Assembly (NCBI GenBank): GCA_964225175.1
Contig: CAXQNK010000105.1
Span: 15,120 to 79,119 of the forward strand
Length of the DNA stretch: 64,000 bases
Source: Nitrosopumilus sp.
Lineage (GTDB): Bacteria > Pseudomonadota > Gammaproteobacteria > Xanthomonadales > SZUA-36
Direction: 5' to 3'
Shown here: positions 1-10,063 of the stretch, piece after piece
How positions within the stretch are numbered: the stretch's first letter is position 1
How the letters are laid out: the number at the start of each line of letters is the position of its first letter
Made by a program: the position numbers and the translations under genes
Notes under the pieces: model-generated
The model's database searches: none
Told to the model about the DNA's origin: nothing
Seen by the model: the letters and a program-made list of their open reading frames with translations, nothing else

Positions 1-771
1 GCCCGGGCCATCGTGTCGCGTAACCGCCTCGAGGACGCCAAGGAAGGTCTGCGGGAGTTGACGGGGCAGTATTTTGACGAAGTAGATCCGCTGCAGGAGG
101 TTTTACCCCTTTTAGAGCCGGATCCAGCCAGTGCGGATGAGTGGGTCGACTTGGCCATGAGCAACAACCCCAGCGTCATTGCCGCGCAGCGAGCGGTAGA
201 GATTGCGGACTCCAACGCCAAGCTGCAACGGTCAGGACACTACCCTACCGTTGACCTTACCGCTTCGGTGGGTGAATTCACCAACGAAAACTATCTGTTG
301 CTCGATGACTTGCAGAATCCAATCGGCAACGCCGACCTGACACAGGACTCAACCAACTACAGCCTGCGCCTGAATGTGCCGATCTACCAAGGGGGCTTCG
401 TTTCCTCGCGTACACGACAGGCGCGTCACCTCCTCAACGCAACACAGCAGGACCTCGACGTGCAGCAACGCGCGACTTTGAGGGCGACGGAAAACGCCTA
501 TCGCGCTGTCATGGCCGGCATCAAGCAGGTCGAAGCGTTCGGGCAAGCGTTGATATCGGCGAAAAGTGCGCTGGATGCAACGCAGGCGGGTTTCGAGGTG
601 GGTACACGAACTATCGTTGATGTGCTGATCGCGGAGCAGCGCTATTTCCAGGCGCAACGTGACAATTCAAACGCACGCCATACCTACATCGTCGATCATT
701 TACGCTTGAAAGCTGCCGCCGGTTTGTTATCAGATGCCGACCTTCGGGCAGTGAATCAGATTCTCGAGTAA
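1..771 (+). CDS. tolC: outer membrane efflux channel TolC, C-terminal portion (5' end outside window)
   Basis: Frame 1 is open from base 1 to the stop at 769-771. The translation carries TolC second-repeat signatures (NVPIYQGGFVSSRTRQA, AGFEVGTRTIVDVLIAEQRYFQAQRD, HLRLKAAAG). Confidence 0.85.
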   Translation, partial: ARAIVSRNRLEDAKEGLRELTGQYFDEVDPLQEVLPLLEPDPASADEWVDLAMSNNPSVIAAQRAVEIADSNAKLQRSGHYPTVDLTASVGEFTNENYLLLDDLQNPIGNADLTQDSTNYSLRLNVPIYQGGFVSSRTRQARHLLNATQQDLDVQQRATLRATENAYRAVMAGIKQVEAFGQALISAKSALDATQAGFEVGTRTIVDVLIAEQRYFQAQRDNSNARHTYIVDHLRLKAAAGLLSDADLRAVNQILE

Positions 772-791
772 AGCGCCTCCAAGTGGCGCTT
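771..791. terminator. hairpin between convergent tolC and waaA (weak, no U-tract)
   Basis: AAGCGCC-tccaagt-GGCGCTT inverted repeat immediately after the tolC stop. No T-run follows it. Confidence 0.3.
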
Positions 792-832
792 AGGCGGCGC
801 ACTGATCGGGACCGCCCGCTCCTGCCCCGGGT

Positions 833-2101
833 TCAGATCCGGGCCATCACAGCGCGAATCTTCTGGACGGTGTGTTTCAGCGCGCCCCGTCCATTTTCCG
901 CGAGACTTTGCGCCGCCTCGCCCGCGGCAAGACGTTGCGCATCCTGCAAAAACCACTGCGCAACGGTATCCGCAAGATCCGGGGCGGATTCGACCTGCTG
1001 TCCGCCACCGCAATCCAGCAATTGCTGCGTAAGCTCTGCAATGTGAGTCGTGTTTGGGCCAAACACCACGGGCTTGCCCAGGGCCATGGGTTCCAGAGGG
1101 TTATGTCCGCCAACGGCGGCCAGTGTGCCGCCGACAAAGGCCACGTCACAGCAGGCCAGGTAGCGCAATAATTCGCCCATGGTATCGACCACGAGCACTT
1201 GCGTACTGTCGTCACAGCGGTCACCGCGACTGCGTACCGCATGACGAAAACCTGTAGTTTCCACTTGCGTGATGGCTGCCTTGAACCGATCCGGGTGTCG
1301 TGGGGCCATGATCAGAAGCGCATCGGGGCACTGTCGCAATATGGACTCAAACGAAGAGAGCAAAATGGCCTCATCTTCAGCATGGGTGCTGCCCGCGGTC
1401 AGCACCGGTCGTGTGCTGCCCCAACTTGCCCTCAAGGCGCGAGCTTCCTCTGTTAATGTTGGTGAGATGTCGTGATCAAACTTAATGTTTCCGGCCACTT
1501 CGACGGCCTGATGCCTGGCGCCGCAGGCGATCAGGCGATCAGCGTCTGCTGATGTCTGCGCACCGAACCAGGTCACTGATGCAAGCGTATCCCTGGCCAG
1601 CCGGGGAAAGCGCTTGAACGCCCGCATCGAGCGCTCTGACAGCCGCGCATTGGATACGATCAGGGGTATGCCCATTTCACTTGCGTAGCGATACAGGTTG
1701 GGCCAAACCTCTGTTTCCATGATGACGATCAGGCGAGGTTTGCACCACGCCAGAAATTTTTGAACGGCACCGGGGGCGTCCAGCGGTGCATAGACATGTG
1801 TCACGCGGTTACCAAAAACACTTTTTACGCGATCGGAGCCGGTGGGTGTAAATGTTGTGATCGTCAGATGATATTCGGGAAAATCACGCAGAATTGCCAG
1901 GCACAGCGGGATGGCAGCGTTGACCTCTCCGAGGGAGGCGGTGTGAATGACCAAACCGCCACCGGGAATGGAGCCGGGATAGCGGCCGAGGCGCTCCGAC
2001 CAGCGCTTGAGGTATCCCGACTCCCTCAGCCCGCGCCAAGTGAAATACATCAGGAACAGCGGGAGTGCCAAGTACATCAGCAGGGAATACAGTCGGCGCA
2101 T
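833..2101 (-). CDS. waaA: 3-deoxy-D-manno-octulosonic acid (Kdo) transferase
   Basis: ORF 833..2179, trimmed to the internal Met (MRRLYSLLMYLALPLFLMYFTWRG...KRWSERLGRYPG), which matches the WaaA N-terminus. It has the METEVWPNL motif and a length of about 422 aa. Confidence 0.9.
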   Translation of the reverse strand: MRRLYSLLMYLALPLFLMYFTWRGLRESGYLKRWSERLGRYPGSIPGGGLVIHTASLGEVNAAIPLCLAILRDFPEYHLTITTFTPTGSDRVKSVFGNRVTHVYAPLDAPGAVQKFLAWCKPRLIVIMETEVWPNLYRYASEMGIPLIVSNARLSERSMRAFKRFPRLARDTLASVTWFGAQTSADADRLIACGARHQAVEVAGNIKFDHDISPTLTEEARALRASWGSTRPVLTAGSTHAEDEAILLSSFESILRQCPDALLIMAPRHPDRFKAAITQVETTGFRHAVRSRGDRCDDSTQVLVVDTMGELLRYLACCDVAFVGGTLAAVGGHNPLEPMALGKPVVFGPNTTHIAELTQQLLDCGGGQQVESAPDLADTVAQWFLQDAQRLAAGEAAQSLAENGRGALKHTVQKIRAVMARI

Positions 2102-2206
2102 GTCTCTGGGTCCGGAACACGCTTTGAGCGCTAGACGCCCGCAGTATAGCACCGTGAACCTGTTCAACAGCTTGGACAATCTCCCATTTATCCGGACAAT
2201 GAGCCC

Positions 2207-3124
2207 ATGAATGGCGCCGCCGCGAAAAGACCCTCCTTTGCACCTCGGAACTGGCCGGGCTGGTTTTCAGTGGCGGCCATATGGTTACTGGGGCGTTTGC
2301 CGCACCGACCGACCGCGGCGACCGCGGAGGCAATTGGCGTGCTTTTATACCGGTTTGCAAACCGCAGGCGTCTTGTCGCCGAGCGCAACATTGAGCGCTG
2401 TTTTTCCTCACTGAGTGAGATCGAGCGTAAAGAGATCATAAAAGCGAATTTCAGGTTCGTGGGCCGCATGCTGGTCGAAATGGCCTGGAGTTGGTCGACT
2501 CGTGACCGCCTGATCGATGCCCTCGGCGAGGTGCATGGGCTGGAGCATTTGCGATCGGCAGAGGAAAAACACAGAGGTGTCCTGGTGGTGACCTTGCACG
2601 CCACGTGCTTGGAGATGGGTGCGCGGATCGCGGCTCTTCAGGTTCGGGCGAGCGGCATTTATCGACCGCTAAAGAATGAAGTGATGGAGTGGTATCAGAA
2701 TCGGTGCCGTGCAAGATTCTGCAAATCAATGCTGAGCAAACGCAATCTTCGCGCAGGCCTTCGCGCCCTCAAAGCCGGTGAGGTGTTGTGGTATGCCCCC
2801 GATCAGGATTTTGGAAAAAAACAAAGCGTGTTCGTGGATTTTTTTGGCATTCCTGCAGCCACGTTGCTTGCCACTCACAGGCTGCCGAGTCTCACTGGTT
2901 GCGAAGTGGTCATGATGTTTCCCCATTTCGATCGGACCACAGGGAAATATCACGTCGAATTTTCCCCGGCGCCGGAAAATTTTCCCGGGCAAGACCCCGT
3001 GGTTGGCCTGGGTATGATCAACGCACTCATCGAAGACTGGGTCAGGGCCCATCCGGAGCAGTACTGGTGGGTTCACCGGCGATTCAAAACGCGCCCCGAC
3101 GGCCAACCCCCATTCTATGATTGA
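2207..3124 (+). CDS. lpxL: lipid A biosynthesis lauroyl/myristoyl acyltransferase (LpxL/HtrB family)
   Basis: 305 aa, divergent from waaA. Family motifs present: WYAPDQDFG and HPEQYWWVHRRFKTRP at the C-terminus. Confidence 0.85.
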   Translation: MNGAAAKRPSFAPRNWPGWFSVAAIWLLGRLPHRPTAATAEAIGVLLYRFANRRRLVAERNIERCFSSLSEIERKEIIKANFRFVGRMLVEMAWSWSTRDRLIDALGEVHGLEHLRSAEEKHRGVLVVTLHATCLEMGARIAALQVRASGIYRPLKNEVMEWYQNRCRARFCKSMLSKRNLRAGLRALKAGEVLWYAPDQDFGKKQSVFVDFFGIPAATLLATHRLPSLTGCEVVMMFPHFDRTTGKYHVEFSPAPENFPGQDPVVGLGMINALIEDWVRAHPEQYWWVHRRFKTRPDGQPPFYD

Positions 3125-3130
3125 CCGAAC

Positions 3131-4375
3131 TTACTCGGTGCGGGGTTGCGATGCCAGCCACAGACCGATGAGCACCCAGATCAAAGACGATAAATAGGTC
3201 CCGTAGACCGCGAAATGCGAATTGATGGGAAAGAAGATGAGCCCGACTGACACGGCATAGGGGAACGCTTCCTGTCTCTGCGTGGGCGTGAGCTTTCTCC
3301 AGGCTTCGAAAAACAGGTATGCCCCCATCAACAGTGCCAGCAGGCCGATCGTCCCGGTGTCCGCCATGACTTCCAGGACGACGTTGTGCGCGTGCAGGGC
3401 GCCCCTGCGGCCTTCGGACCGGCGGATGTGTACATCGTCCGCCTCGGCGTAATCGAGATAGGCGACGGAGAATGCCCGAACCCCTACTCCATTGATGGGA
3501 TGCTCCTCGTACATTGTCATTGCAGTCCTGAAAATTGGCAGCCTCATGGTAGAGGCGAAATCAATGGATGCCTCTTCACCGTCGAGAACCGCCAAGGTCT
3601 GCTGGATCCGGTCCTGGAGCAATGGGGAGGCGTAAGAGCCACCAAGTAGCACCAAGCTGGCCAGACGCGGCACGGTCATCGATGCCAGTCGAAGATCCCT
3701 GTTTTCTCTGTTCAGGAACAACAACACTGCGTATGTCATCAGGACCACGGCCATCACCAACCAACCTGAGCGCATTCCCGCAATCATGACCGCCCCAAGC
3801 ACAAGGGCGAATGAAACCACCCATGCCCACGGAGACCATCGCCGTCTCGCATATTCCAGCAGTATGGGAGACAGGATGGCCAGGGTTGGCCCATAAAACT
3901 GGTACTGGCGCAAAAACAGGGCATTAAGGCGGTCTGGGTGCATGCTGATACCCAGCAGGTCAGTGCCGAAGAACAATTGTACGAAACCATCAACCGCCCA
4001 AAAGACCAAAACAAGCGATGTCCATTTCAGTACCCTCCAGCGCGCTGTGGGCGGGCTCAGCAGCACGCCGATACTGATGGCCGCGGCAAGGTACCTCAGA
4101 GCCGCCAGGCTTTTCATTGAGCTCTTTTCCGGCGTAAAGGAATCGAACGACGACAGCACCATCGGCAACCAGAAGCACAGGAACAGCGGAATCACGATCA
4201 GCGCGATTTCACGCGCTCGCCGGCGTTGATCGGGAGAACGGAGCACAAAGGGCAGGGCCAGCGCAAAAATGCTGAGAGGAATCTCCGGTGCGCGCCCGAA
4301 GGGCAGCAGTGCAAAGAAGGATACGACCAGCCAGCTGGGCCATTCAGTTTGAATTCGTTTCAGGATGAGCGGCAT
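3131..4375 (-). CDS. O-antigen ligase-like (Wzy_C/WaaL family) polytopic membrane protein
   Basis: 414 aa with many hydrophobic segments. It has a periplasmic loop carrying RGALHAHNVVLEVMADTGTIGL (H-x-HN motif) and sits in an LPS-core context. Confidence 0.7.
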   Translation of the reverse strand: MPLILKRIQTEWPSWLVVSFFALLPFGRAPEIPLSIFALALPFVLRSPDQRRRAREIALIVIPLFLCFWLPMVLSSFDSFTPEKSSMKSLAALRYLAAAISIGVLLSPPTARWRVLKWTSLVLVFWAVDGFVQLFFGTDLLGISMHPDRLNALFLRQYQFYGPTLAILSPILLEYARRRWSPWAWVVSFALVLGAVMIAGMRSGWLVMAVVLMTYAVLLFLNRENRDLRLASMTVPRLASLVLLGGSYASPLLQDRIQQTLAVLDGEEASIDFASTMRLPIFRTAMTMYEEHPINGVGVRAFSVAYLDYAEADDVHIRRSEGRRGALHAHNVVLEVMADTGTIGLLALLMGAYLFFEAWRKLTPTQRQEAFPYAVSVGLIFFPINSHFAVYGTYLSSLIWVLIGLWLASQPRTE

Positions 4376-5481
4376 GCCATGTCCTCCAGTCCGCTACGAT
4401 ACAGGTCCAGGGTGCGCGACAGCGATTCCTCCAGCTCAAAAGCTTCGCTGGGTGCCACCGTTGGCGGCTCGTGCAGAAACTGCCTTGTCTTTTCCCTCAG
4501 CGCCAGAGGATGGTCGCCGGGTACGGCGCCGGCGGGAAACAGACTTGCCAGCGTTTCGTGGACACCGCCCTGGTCCCATGCAATCACGGGGACCCCTAGC
4601 TTGAGGGCCTCCGCAACGGTTCGGCCAAAGGCCTCGGGTGGATCGCTGCATAAATTGAATACGATGCTCGAAGCCGCCATCCAGTCACGCATGTCCAACT
4701 GCAAGCCCGTAAAGCTGATTCGATCGAGGATGCCGCCACGCTCAGCAAGCCCTTCGAGCTCTGCCTGGTAGCGTGAGCCTGGTCTGCCCGGCCCGACGAT
4801 CACGCCGTGGACATCCTCAAACTCGGGCCTCAGGCGGGTCATGAGCTCTATGAAGCTTGAATGGCCCTTGTAGCGCGACAGGCGCGCGGGCAACAAGAGC
4901 AGTCGTTTACCTTCCAGCTCCGGAAAAGCCTGGTAGCAGCGGTCGTACCAGGCCGTAGAGGGTTTGTGGCCGTAAGGAAACCGCTTGGTGTTCACTCCCC
5001 CGCAGATGACATGGAGGCACTTTGGATCGACAAATTGATAATTCTCGAGAATGTAGCCCTCGATGAAGCGGGACACGGCAATGACTCGGTGACCACGCGC
5101 CATGATGGCGCTGTATGGGCTGACGGTGTACTGCCCGTGAACGCTGGTCACGAGCAAAGGGCGGTGTTTGGGCTCAAGCCGCCTGATCGCCAGAAAACAC
5201 ACCCAGGCCGGCAGCCTTGAATGGGCATGAACCACGTCTGGCCGTTTCTGTTCAAGCCATTGGGCAAACCGCCCCACCAGCTTCCAGGTTGAAAAGCGCT
5301 TTTTGCCTACGGGCCAGTCCAGCCAGTTAATGCGGTCGTCCTTGAGTGAGGCGGCCAGCGGCCCGCCGCTGGAGAGCAGCGTTACGCGATGGCCCTCGCG
5401 AACCAGGTGTTGGGTGAGTTCAGCGGCGACCAGTTCGGAGCCGCCTACGGTCAAGGACGCCAGGGCCTGAACTACATGCAT
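4360..5481 (-). CDS. glycosyltransferase family 4 (LPS core-type)
   Basis: 373 aa. The N-terminus is MHVVQALASLTVGGSELV, and there is a GT-B EX7E region (PPEAFGRTVAEALKLGVPVIAWDQGG). It overlaps the downstream ligase-like gene by 16 nt. Confidence 0.85.
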   Translation of the reverse strand: MHVVQALASLTVGGSELVAAELTQHLVREGHRVTLLSSGGPLAASLKDDRINWLDWPVGKKRFSTWKLVGRFAQWLEQKRPDVVHAHSRLPAWVCFLAIRRLEPKHRPLLVTSVHGQYTVSPYSAIMARGHRVIAVSRFIEGYILENYQFVDPKCLHVICGGVNTKRFPYGHKPSTAWYDRCYQAFPELEGKRLLLLPARLSRYKGHSSFIELMTRLRPEFEDVHGVIVGPGRPGSRYQAELEGLAERGGILDRISFTGLQLDMRDWMAASSIVFNLCSDPPEAFGRTVAEALKLGVPVIAWDQGGVHETLASLFPAGAVPGDHPLALREKTRQFLHEPPTVAPSEAFELEESLSRTLDLYRSGLEDMACRSS

Positions 5482-5532
5482 GTGAAAATGATCCCTGCCC
5501 TGTCCGCTTCGAGTAACTCCGGGTCCGGAAAA

Positions 5533-5775
5533 CTACTCGACCAGGCGGTAATGCGTGCTGCAATAAGGGCAGGTTGCCTCGCCGGATTCCTCGATGGGCA
5601 GGTACACGCGCGGGTGCGCATTCCAGAGCTTTTGCTCCGGTGTTGGACAGGACAAGGGAAGGTCAGCGCGGCGCACGTCATAACTTTCGGCCGCACTGGC
5701 GGTTTCGAGCTTGGGGTCGTTGGCGTCTGTGGCGTGGGTCACTGGAGCGTCTCCAAGGTCTTGGCTGCACGGCAT
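5533..5775 (-). CDS. small zinc-finger (zf-CHCC type) protein
   Basis: ORF 5533..5910, trimmed to Met at 5775, which abuts the glnE stop at 5777. The C-terminus reads CPTPEQKLWNAHPRVYLPIEESGEATCPYCSTHYRL (C..HPRV..CPYC pattern). Confidence 0.65.
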   Translation of the reverse strand: MPCSQDLGDAPVTHATDANDPKLETASAAESYDVRRADLPLSCPTPEQKLWNAHPRVYLPIEESGEATCPYCSTHYRLVE

Positions 5776-5776
5776 T

Positions 5777-8551
5777 TTAACCTGAATCATCCCCTTCGGG
5801 TGGGTGAACAGCATCATGCCTTGTGTCTGAACCGGTGCTGAACCACGCTTGCGCATGCGCGCCCAGTAATGCTCTGCATACGCGCTCACTCTGTGCCCTG
5901 TCATCGCCAACTAACTGGCTTTCTCGGCATATGACCGCCAGGTGTCGGGCCCGGCTCAGGCGTTCATGCGTGGCGATGAGTTCCGCTGACGCGGTTTCGC
6001 TGAGCCATCCGGCTTCGACGAGTCGCGCCAACTGCTGGGGCGTGCCGGTCACGACGATGACGTCGGGGGCATCTGCTGCGGTTTCAAGCACTCCGAGTTG
6101 GGCGAGGAATCCGATGTCGACCAAGCCACCCGGACCGTGCTTGAGTGGGTCGCTTCCCGAGAACTGGCGTCTCAGGCGCTGCCTCATGCTTGTCACCTCA
6201 CCTCTCAGCGTTGAGACATCTCTGCGGGTGCACAAGACTTCTTTTCGGATGGCATCAAATTGGCGACCCACCTGCTCGTCCCCACACAGGAAGCGTGCCC
6301 TGGTCAGCGCCTGGAGCTCCCATGTCCAGGCTTTCTCCTTTTGATATTTTTCAAAAGCGAATGTGGAGGAAACCAGTAAACCGGCGCGCCCATTCGGCCT
6401 GAGGCGGGTATCGGTCTCATAGAGTTTTCCTGAGACGGTGGGGACCGTCATCAGGCTAATAAGCCGACGCGCCATCTTGGTGAAGGCTTTTTCATGATGA
6501 TTTTCGTCGTTCTCATGCGCGGCGAGGTCATAAAGAAAAATGAGGTCGAGGTCAGAATTAAACGACAGTTCGCGCGCCCCCAGGCTCCCATAGCCGATAA
6601 TGCCCAGGCCTGTCGGAGCGCCCCGGTTCTCTTGGATGGCGTCGAGCGATTCTGTTTCGAGTTGCGCAAGCCGCAGGCAGGCACCCAGAAGCACTTCGGC
6701 CAGGTCGGTCAAGGTGGCAGCGACCTCTCCCGGCGACAACTTCGTCTCCAGTTCAGCCACCGCAACCCGCAAACTTGTGGCCAGCTTCATATGGTTTAGT
6801 GCGGGCAGCAGGGTTTCCAGGTCGTCCTGCGCACGAAAAATGCGACTCACCGATTGTTCCATTTCCTCTCGCGTGGGAAGCAGTTGGCCCAGGGTCGGGT
6901 CAATCAGTTCGTCCAGAAGCGCCGGGTGGCGGGTGACTGTCTCAGCCACCCAGTCACTTTTTTCGAACAGGTCGAGCATCCGTTCGGTTGCCCTGGGGTT
7001 CTGAACGAGCAGGGCAAGGTAGGCGCTTCGCCGGCAAATCGCAAAAACCAGGTCAAGAACAGCTGTCAGCGAAGCCCCCGAGATGTTTCGCTCATCCAGA
7101 TGCTTGAGCAGTTGGGGCATGAAACGGTCCAGGCGCTGTCGAGCACGCTGGCTCAGCGATTGTCTGCCAAGGCGTCTTGAAAACTGGGAGATGGGGCTGT
7201 CCTCATCGGTCTTTGGCTCCTGGCTCCCAGCCCAGAGCGCCTGCCATTGCCTGGACCACGCATCGTCACATGGAAGCGTATTTTCATCCTGGCGGCCGAG
7301 GTACTGGGCAAAAAGCACACCGATTGAATTGCGCACAGCGCTTACTTGCTGCGCGAGTGCCGTGGTGTCGTCACAGCGCATGGCGATGGCAACCCGCCGG
7401 AGGTCTTCGCCGTCGGGCAACTCGTGGGTTTGCTGGTCATGCAGCGCCTGGATCGCGTTTTCGAGTTGACGCAGGAAGACGTACGCGTCATGCAGGGTGT
7501 TGGCGACTTCCGGGTCTATCAGTTCGAGTCCGACAAGGGCGTCAATGGCATGCATCAATGACGGGGTTTGCAAGGCGGGTTCAGTGCCGCCACGCAGCAG
7601 TTGATGAGCCTGAACCATGAATTCAATCTCCCTGATCCCACCCGCTCCGCGCTTGATGTCCCGCTGCCTGTGATGCGAAGAGGCGTCCCTGCGGATGGTT
7701 TCGCGCATTTCCTGAAGCGCCTCGACCGCGCCGAAATCGATATAACGCCGATAGACGAAGGGCCGCAGTATGTTCAGCAGTGCCTTACCGTGCGCGGGAT
7801 CTCCGGTCACGGGGCGAGCTTTCACGAGGGCGTAGCGTTCCCAATCCCTGCCCTCGCGCTGGTAGTACTGCTCCATGGCGCCAAAACTGCAGACCAGGGG
7901 GCCGGAACTCCCAAACGGCCTCAGGCGCGCGTCCACACGAAAACAGAACCCATCTTCCGTGACCTCCGAAAGGCTGCGAATGACTGCGCGCACCAATCGG
8001 GTGAAGAATGTCTCGTTGGCGATTGATTTTCGGCCGTCGCATTGGCCGGCTTCCGGGAAACAGAAAACAAGATCGATGTCAGAAGACAGGTTGAGCTCAC
8101 GACCTCCAAGCTTGCCCATGGCCAGGACGATCAACTCATGCGCGGCGCCATCTGCGTTTCTGGGCGTGCCAAAACGCTCCTGCAGTCGCTTAAAGTGTTC
8201 CTCGACAGCGGCACGCAGACATAATTCTGCCAGGATGCTCAAGTCTCCCAGCGTCTCATCAAGACCTGCAAGACGATTCAGATCTCGCCAGATAATGCGC
8301 ATCATTTCGTGGTTACGGAAACGGCGCAATCCCCGGTCCAGCTTGTCCGATTTGAGGTGCGTGGCGAGGTCTTCAGCGAGGGGGGGCGAGTCATCTAATA
8401 ACCGTCCGCTGGACTGGAGTGTCTGCCACCAGGCTGGTTCGCGCTGAACCAGGCTGTCCAGAAAAGGGCTGCAGTCGCGAGCGATATCAGTGAGGTGTTC
8501 CGGCATTCCGCAAGTATACCGGCCCCCGTCCGGGCAAGGCTCCCGATTCAT
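5777..8551 (-). CDS. glnE: bifunctional glutamine synthetase adenylyltransferase/adenylyl-removing enzyme
   Basis: 924 aa with two nucleotidyltransferase modules (GKLGGRELNLSSDIDLVFCF and GSLGARELSFNSDLDLIFLY). The true start may instead be the Met at 8506. Confidence 0.93.
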   Translation of the reverse strand: MNREPCPDGGRYTCGMPEHLTDIARDCSPFLDSLVQREPAWWQTLQSSGRLLDDSPPLAEDLATHLKSDKLDRGLRRFRNHEMMRIIWRDLNRLAGLDETLGDLSILAELCLRAAVEEHFKRLQERFGTPRNADGAAHELIVLAMGKLGGRELNLSSDIDLVFCFPEAGQCDGRKSIANETFFTRLVRAVIRSLSEVTEDGFCFRVDARLRPFGSSGPLVCSFGAMEQYYQREGRDWERYALVKARPVTGDPAHGKALLNILRPFVYRRYIDFGAVEALQEMRETIRRDASSHHRQRDIKRGAGGIREIEFMVQAHQLLRGGTEPALQTPSLMHAIDALVGLELIDPEVANTLHDAYVFLRQLENAIQALHDQQTHELPDGEDLRRVAIAMRCDDTTALAQQVSAVRNSIGVLFAQYLGRQDENTLPCDDAWSRQWQALWAGSQEPKTDEDSPISQFSRRLGRQSLSQRARQRLDRFMPQLLKHLDERNISGASLTAVLDLVFAICRRSAYLALLVQNPRATERMLDLFEKSDWVAETVTRHPALLDELIDPTLGQLLPTREEMEQSVSRIFRAQDDLETLLPALNHMKLATSLRVAVAELETKLSPGEVAATLTDLAEVLLGACLRLAQLETESLDAIQENRGAPTGLGIIGYGSLGARELSFNSDLDLIFLYDLAAHENDENHHEKAFTKMARRLISLMTVPTVSGKLYETDTRLRPNGRAGLLVSSTFAFEKYQKEKAWTWELQALTRARFLCGDEQVGRQFDAIRKEVLCTRRDVSTLRGEVTSMRQRLRRQFSGSDPLKHGPGGLVDIGFLAQLGVLETAADAPDVIVVTGTPQQLARLVEAGWLSETASAELIATHERLSRARHLAVICRESQLVGDDRAQSERVCRALLGAHAQAWFSTGSDTRHDAVHPPEGDDSG

Positions 8552-9200
8552 TTCAGTGGCAGTCGCCCCAGTCGCGAGGCATTGCCGATGACTTTAACGA
8601 AAATCGAGCTCATTGCAGCGGTGGCGATCATCGGGTGAAGCAAAAACCCAAAGGCCGAGTAGAGGACCCCGGCTGCAACCGGCACGCCGCGCAAGTTGCA
8701 GCCGAAGGCGAACATGAGATTCTTACGGACGTTGTTTACGATCAGGGCGCTCAACCCTAGAGCGAGAACCCTTTGTTTGAGTTGACCATTGACGAGAGTC
8801 AATTCGACATTTTCCATCGCGGCATTGGTGCCGGTGCCCATGTAGACGCCAATACCCGCTTAAGCGAGAGCCGGTGTCGTTAACCGTCTCCCTCCTGGGC
8901 AATGCGGCGACTGGATTCTTTCGCGGCCCGCACCCTTGTCAGTGAGTCCAGCGGAGAGCGGTGGGCTTCGAATTTAAATAAACCCAGCGCGCTGGCCACG
9001 TGGCTACGGTCGGCTCATGGCTTCCGAGTGCAGGACACATTGGGCAGATGCAAGCCGTCTTTTGGGTGTCGCTCGTACGATTCGCGTGTTGCGCCATCTC
9101 GGTAACAGGTTGGGTGCTCTTCTCACCAGGCTGCCTGCGAACTGATCTGGGTGTGTATCAGAGAATTATCCTCTTTGGGCTGTGCGCACCTCCAGTGGTG
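8548..9200 (-). pseudogene. decayed C-terminal remnant of a P1B-type heavy-metal translocating ATPase
   Basis: ORF 8548..8841 encodes MGTGTNAAMEN...NLMFAFGCNLRGVPVAAGVLY...PMIATAAMSSIFVKVIGNASRL (TM5-6 of a CopA/ZntA-type pump). Upstream, the same reading continues only across an in-frame TAA (TTPALA*AGIGVYMGTGT, compare DAPALAxADVGIAMGTGT) and frameshifts (GDG/VND; LGL..EAHRSPLD..; SDTQKTA). The N-terminal roughly two thirds is absent. Confidence 0.65.
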
Positions 9201-9224
9201 CGCACTATTACCTGGAAGCCGGCC

Positions 9225-9866
9225 CTAGAAGGCCCTGCTGATCGTGAATACCAGATTGGTATCCGACTCACCCCCGAGCAGCGTGCTGTCGCTGTGTATC
9301 AGGGCAATGGCGTAGTCAAGCAGGTAAGTTTCTTCAAGCTCAAGCGCCGCGCCGTAGCCCGCTTCGTAGTAGTTGCCATCGAAATCTCCCGCGAATGTAC
9401 CGAATTTGCCATACCATCCTTCGTGAGTGACGGTTGCCGAATAGAATTGATAGTCCAGGGTGGGGCCAGAAAAATTGTCATATTCACCTATGGCGGCATC
9501 GAAGGAAAACCACCGCCAACCCAAACCCAGGTTCAGCTCCAGATAGTCATCATCGAAATCGCCCGTGTAGGTGTACCAAGTACCTCCGACGCTGAGAGAG
9601 AACTCCCCGACAGAGAAACCATAGCCTCCGTAAAAGTCGACTTCGAGACCATCGCCTACATCAGCGGCCCAGCTTCCAAGATAAAGCCCCCCCATTGAAA
9701 AATCCGCGCCCGCGAATGCCGATGAGGATTTTTGGCGAATGCCGCGAAAGACATATTCCGAGTTGTAGCCCAGGTTTGCCGACAACGCCTGCGCCCGGAG
9801 TTCGGGGCTGAAAACGAGGGCCAAGAGGCACAACCGTCCCCAGCTTGAGAAATTTCGTCTGAACAT
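9225..9866 (-). CDS. TorF-family putative outer-membrane porin (Gcw_chp)
   Basis: ORF trimmed to MFRRNFSSWGRLCLLALVFSPELRAQA (signal peptide). The body is Y/G/D/F-rich alternating beta-strand sequence (NSEYVFRGIRQKSSSAFAGADFSMGGLYLGSWAADV...) ending in F. Confidence 0.7.
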   Translation of the reverse strand: MFRRNFSSWGRLCLLALVFSPELRAQALSANLGYNSEYVFRGIRQKSSSAFAGADFSMGGLYLGSWAADVGDGLEVDFYGGYGFSVGEFSLSVGGTWYTYTGDFDDDYLELNLGLGWRWFSFDAAIGEYDNFSGPTLDYQFYSATVTHEGWYGKFGTFAGDFDGNYYEAGYGAALELEETYLLDYAIALIHSDSTLLGGESDTNLVFTISRAF

Positions 9867-10063
9867 AACACTCTCCCTAATGTGTTGAATTGAATGCGGG
9901 TGCTGTTTGGCGAAGCCGCGCCTAGGGAAAAGCAATAATCAGACCAATAAAAAAAGTTTCATTAAAACAGTGGTTTACATAATTTTTGAGAAAAAGACCC
10001 ATCGGAGTGCCCAACTAGGGAGCATGCCTGCCTTGTTCTAATGCACACGAAGCGCCAGGAAGT

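Noticed and set aside
5776-5910. N-terminal 45 codons of track ORF 5533..5910, which overlap the 3' end of glnE
   Set aside because: The Met at 5775 abuts the glnE stop, and everything with family resemblance (C..HPRV..CPYC) lies downstream of it. The extension is treated as non-coding overlap.
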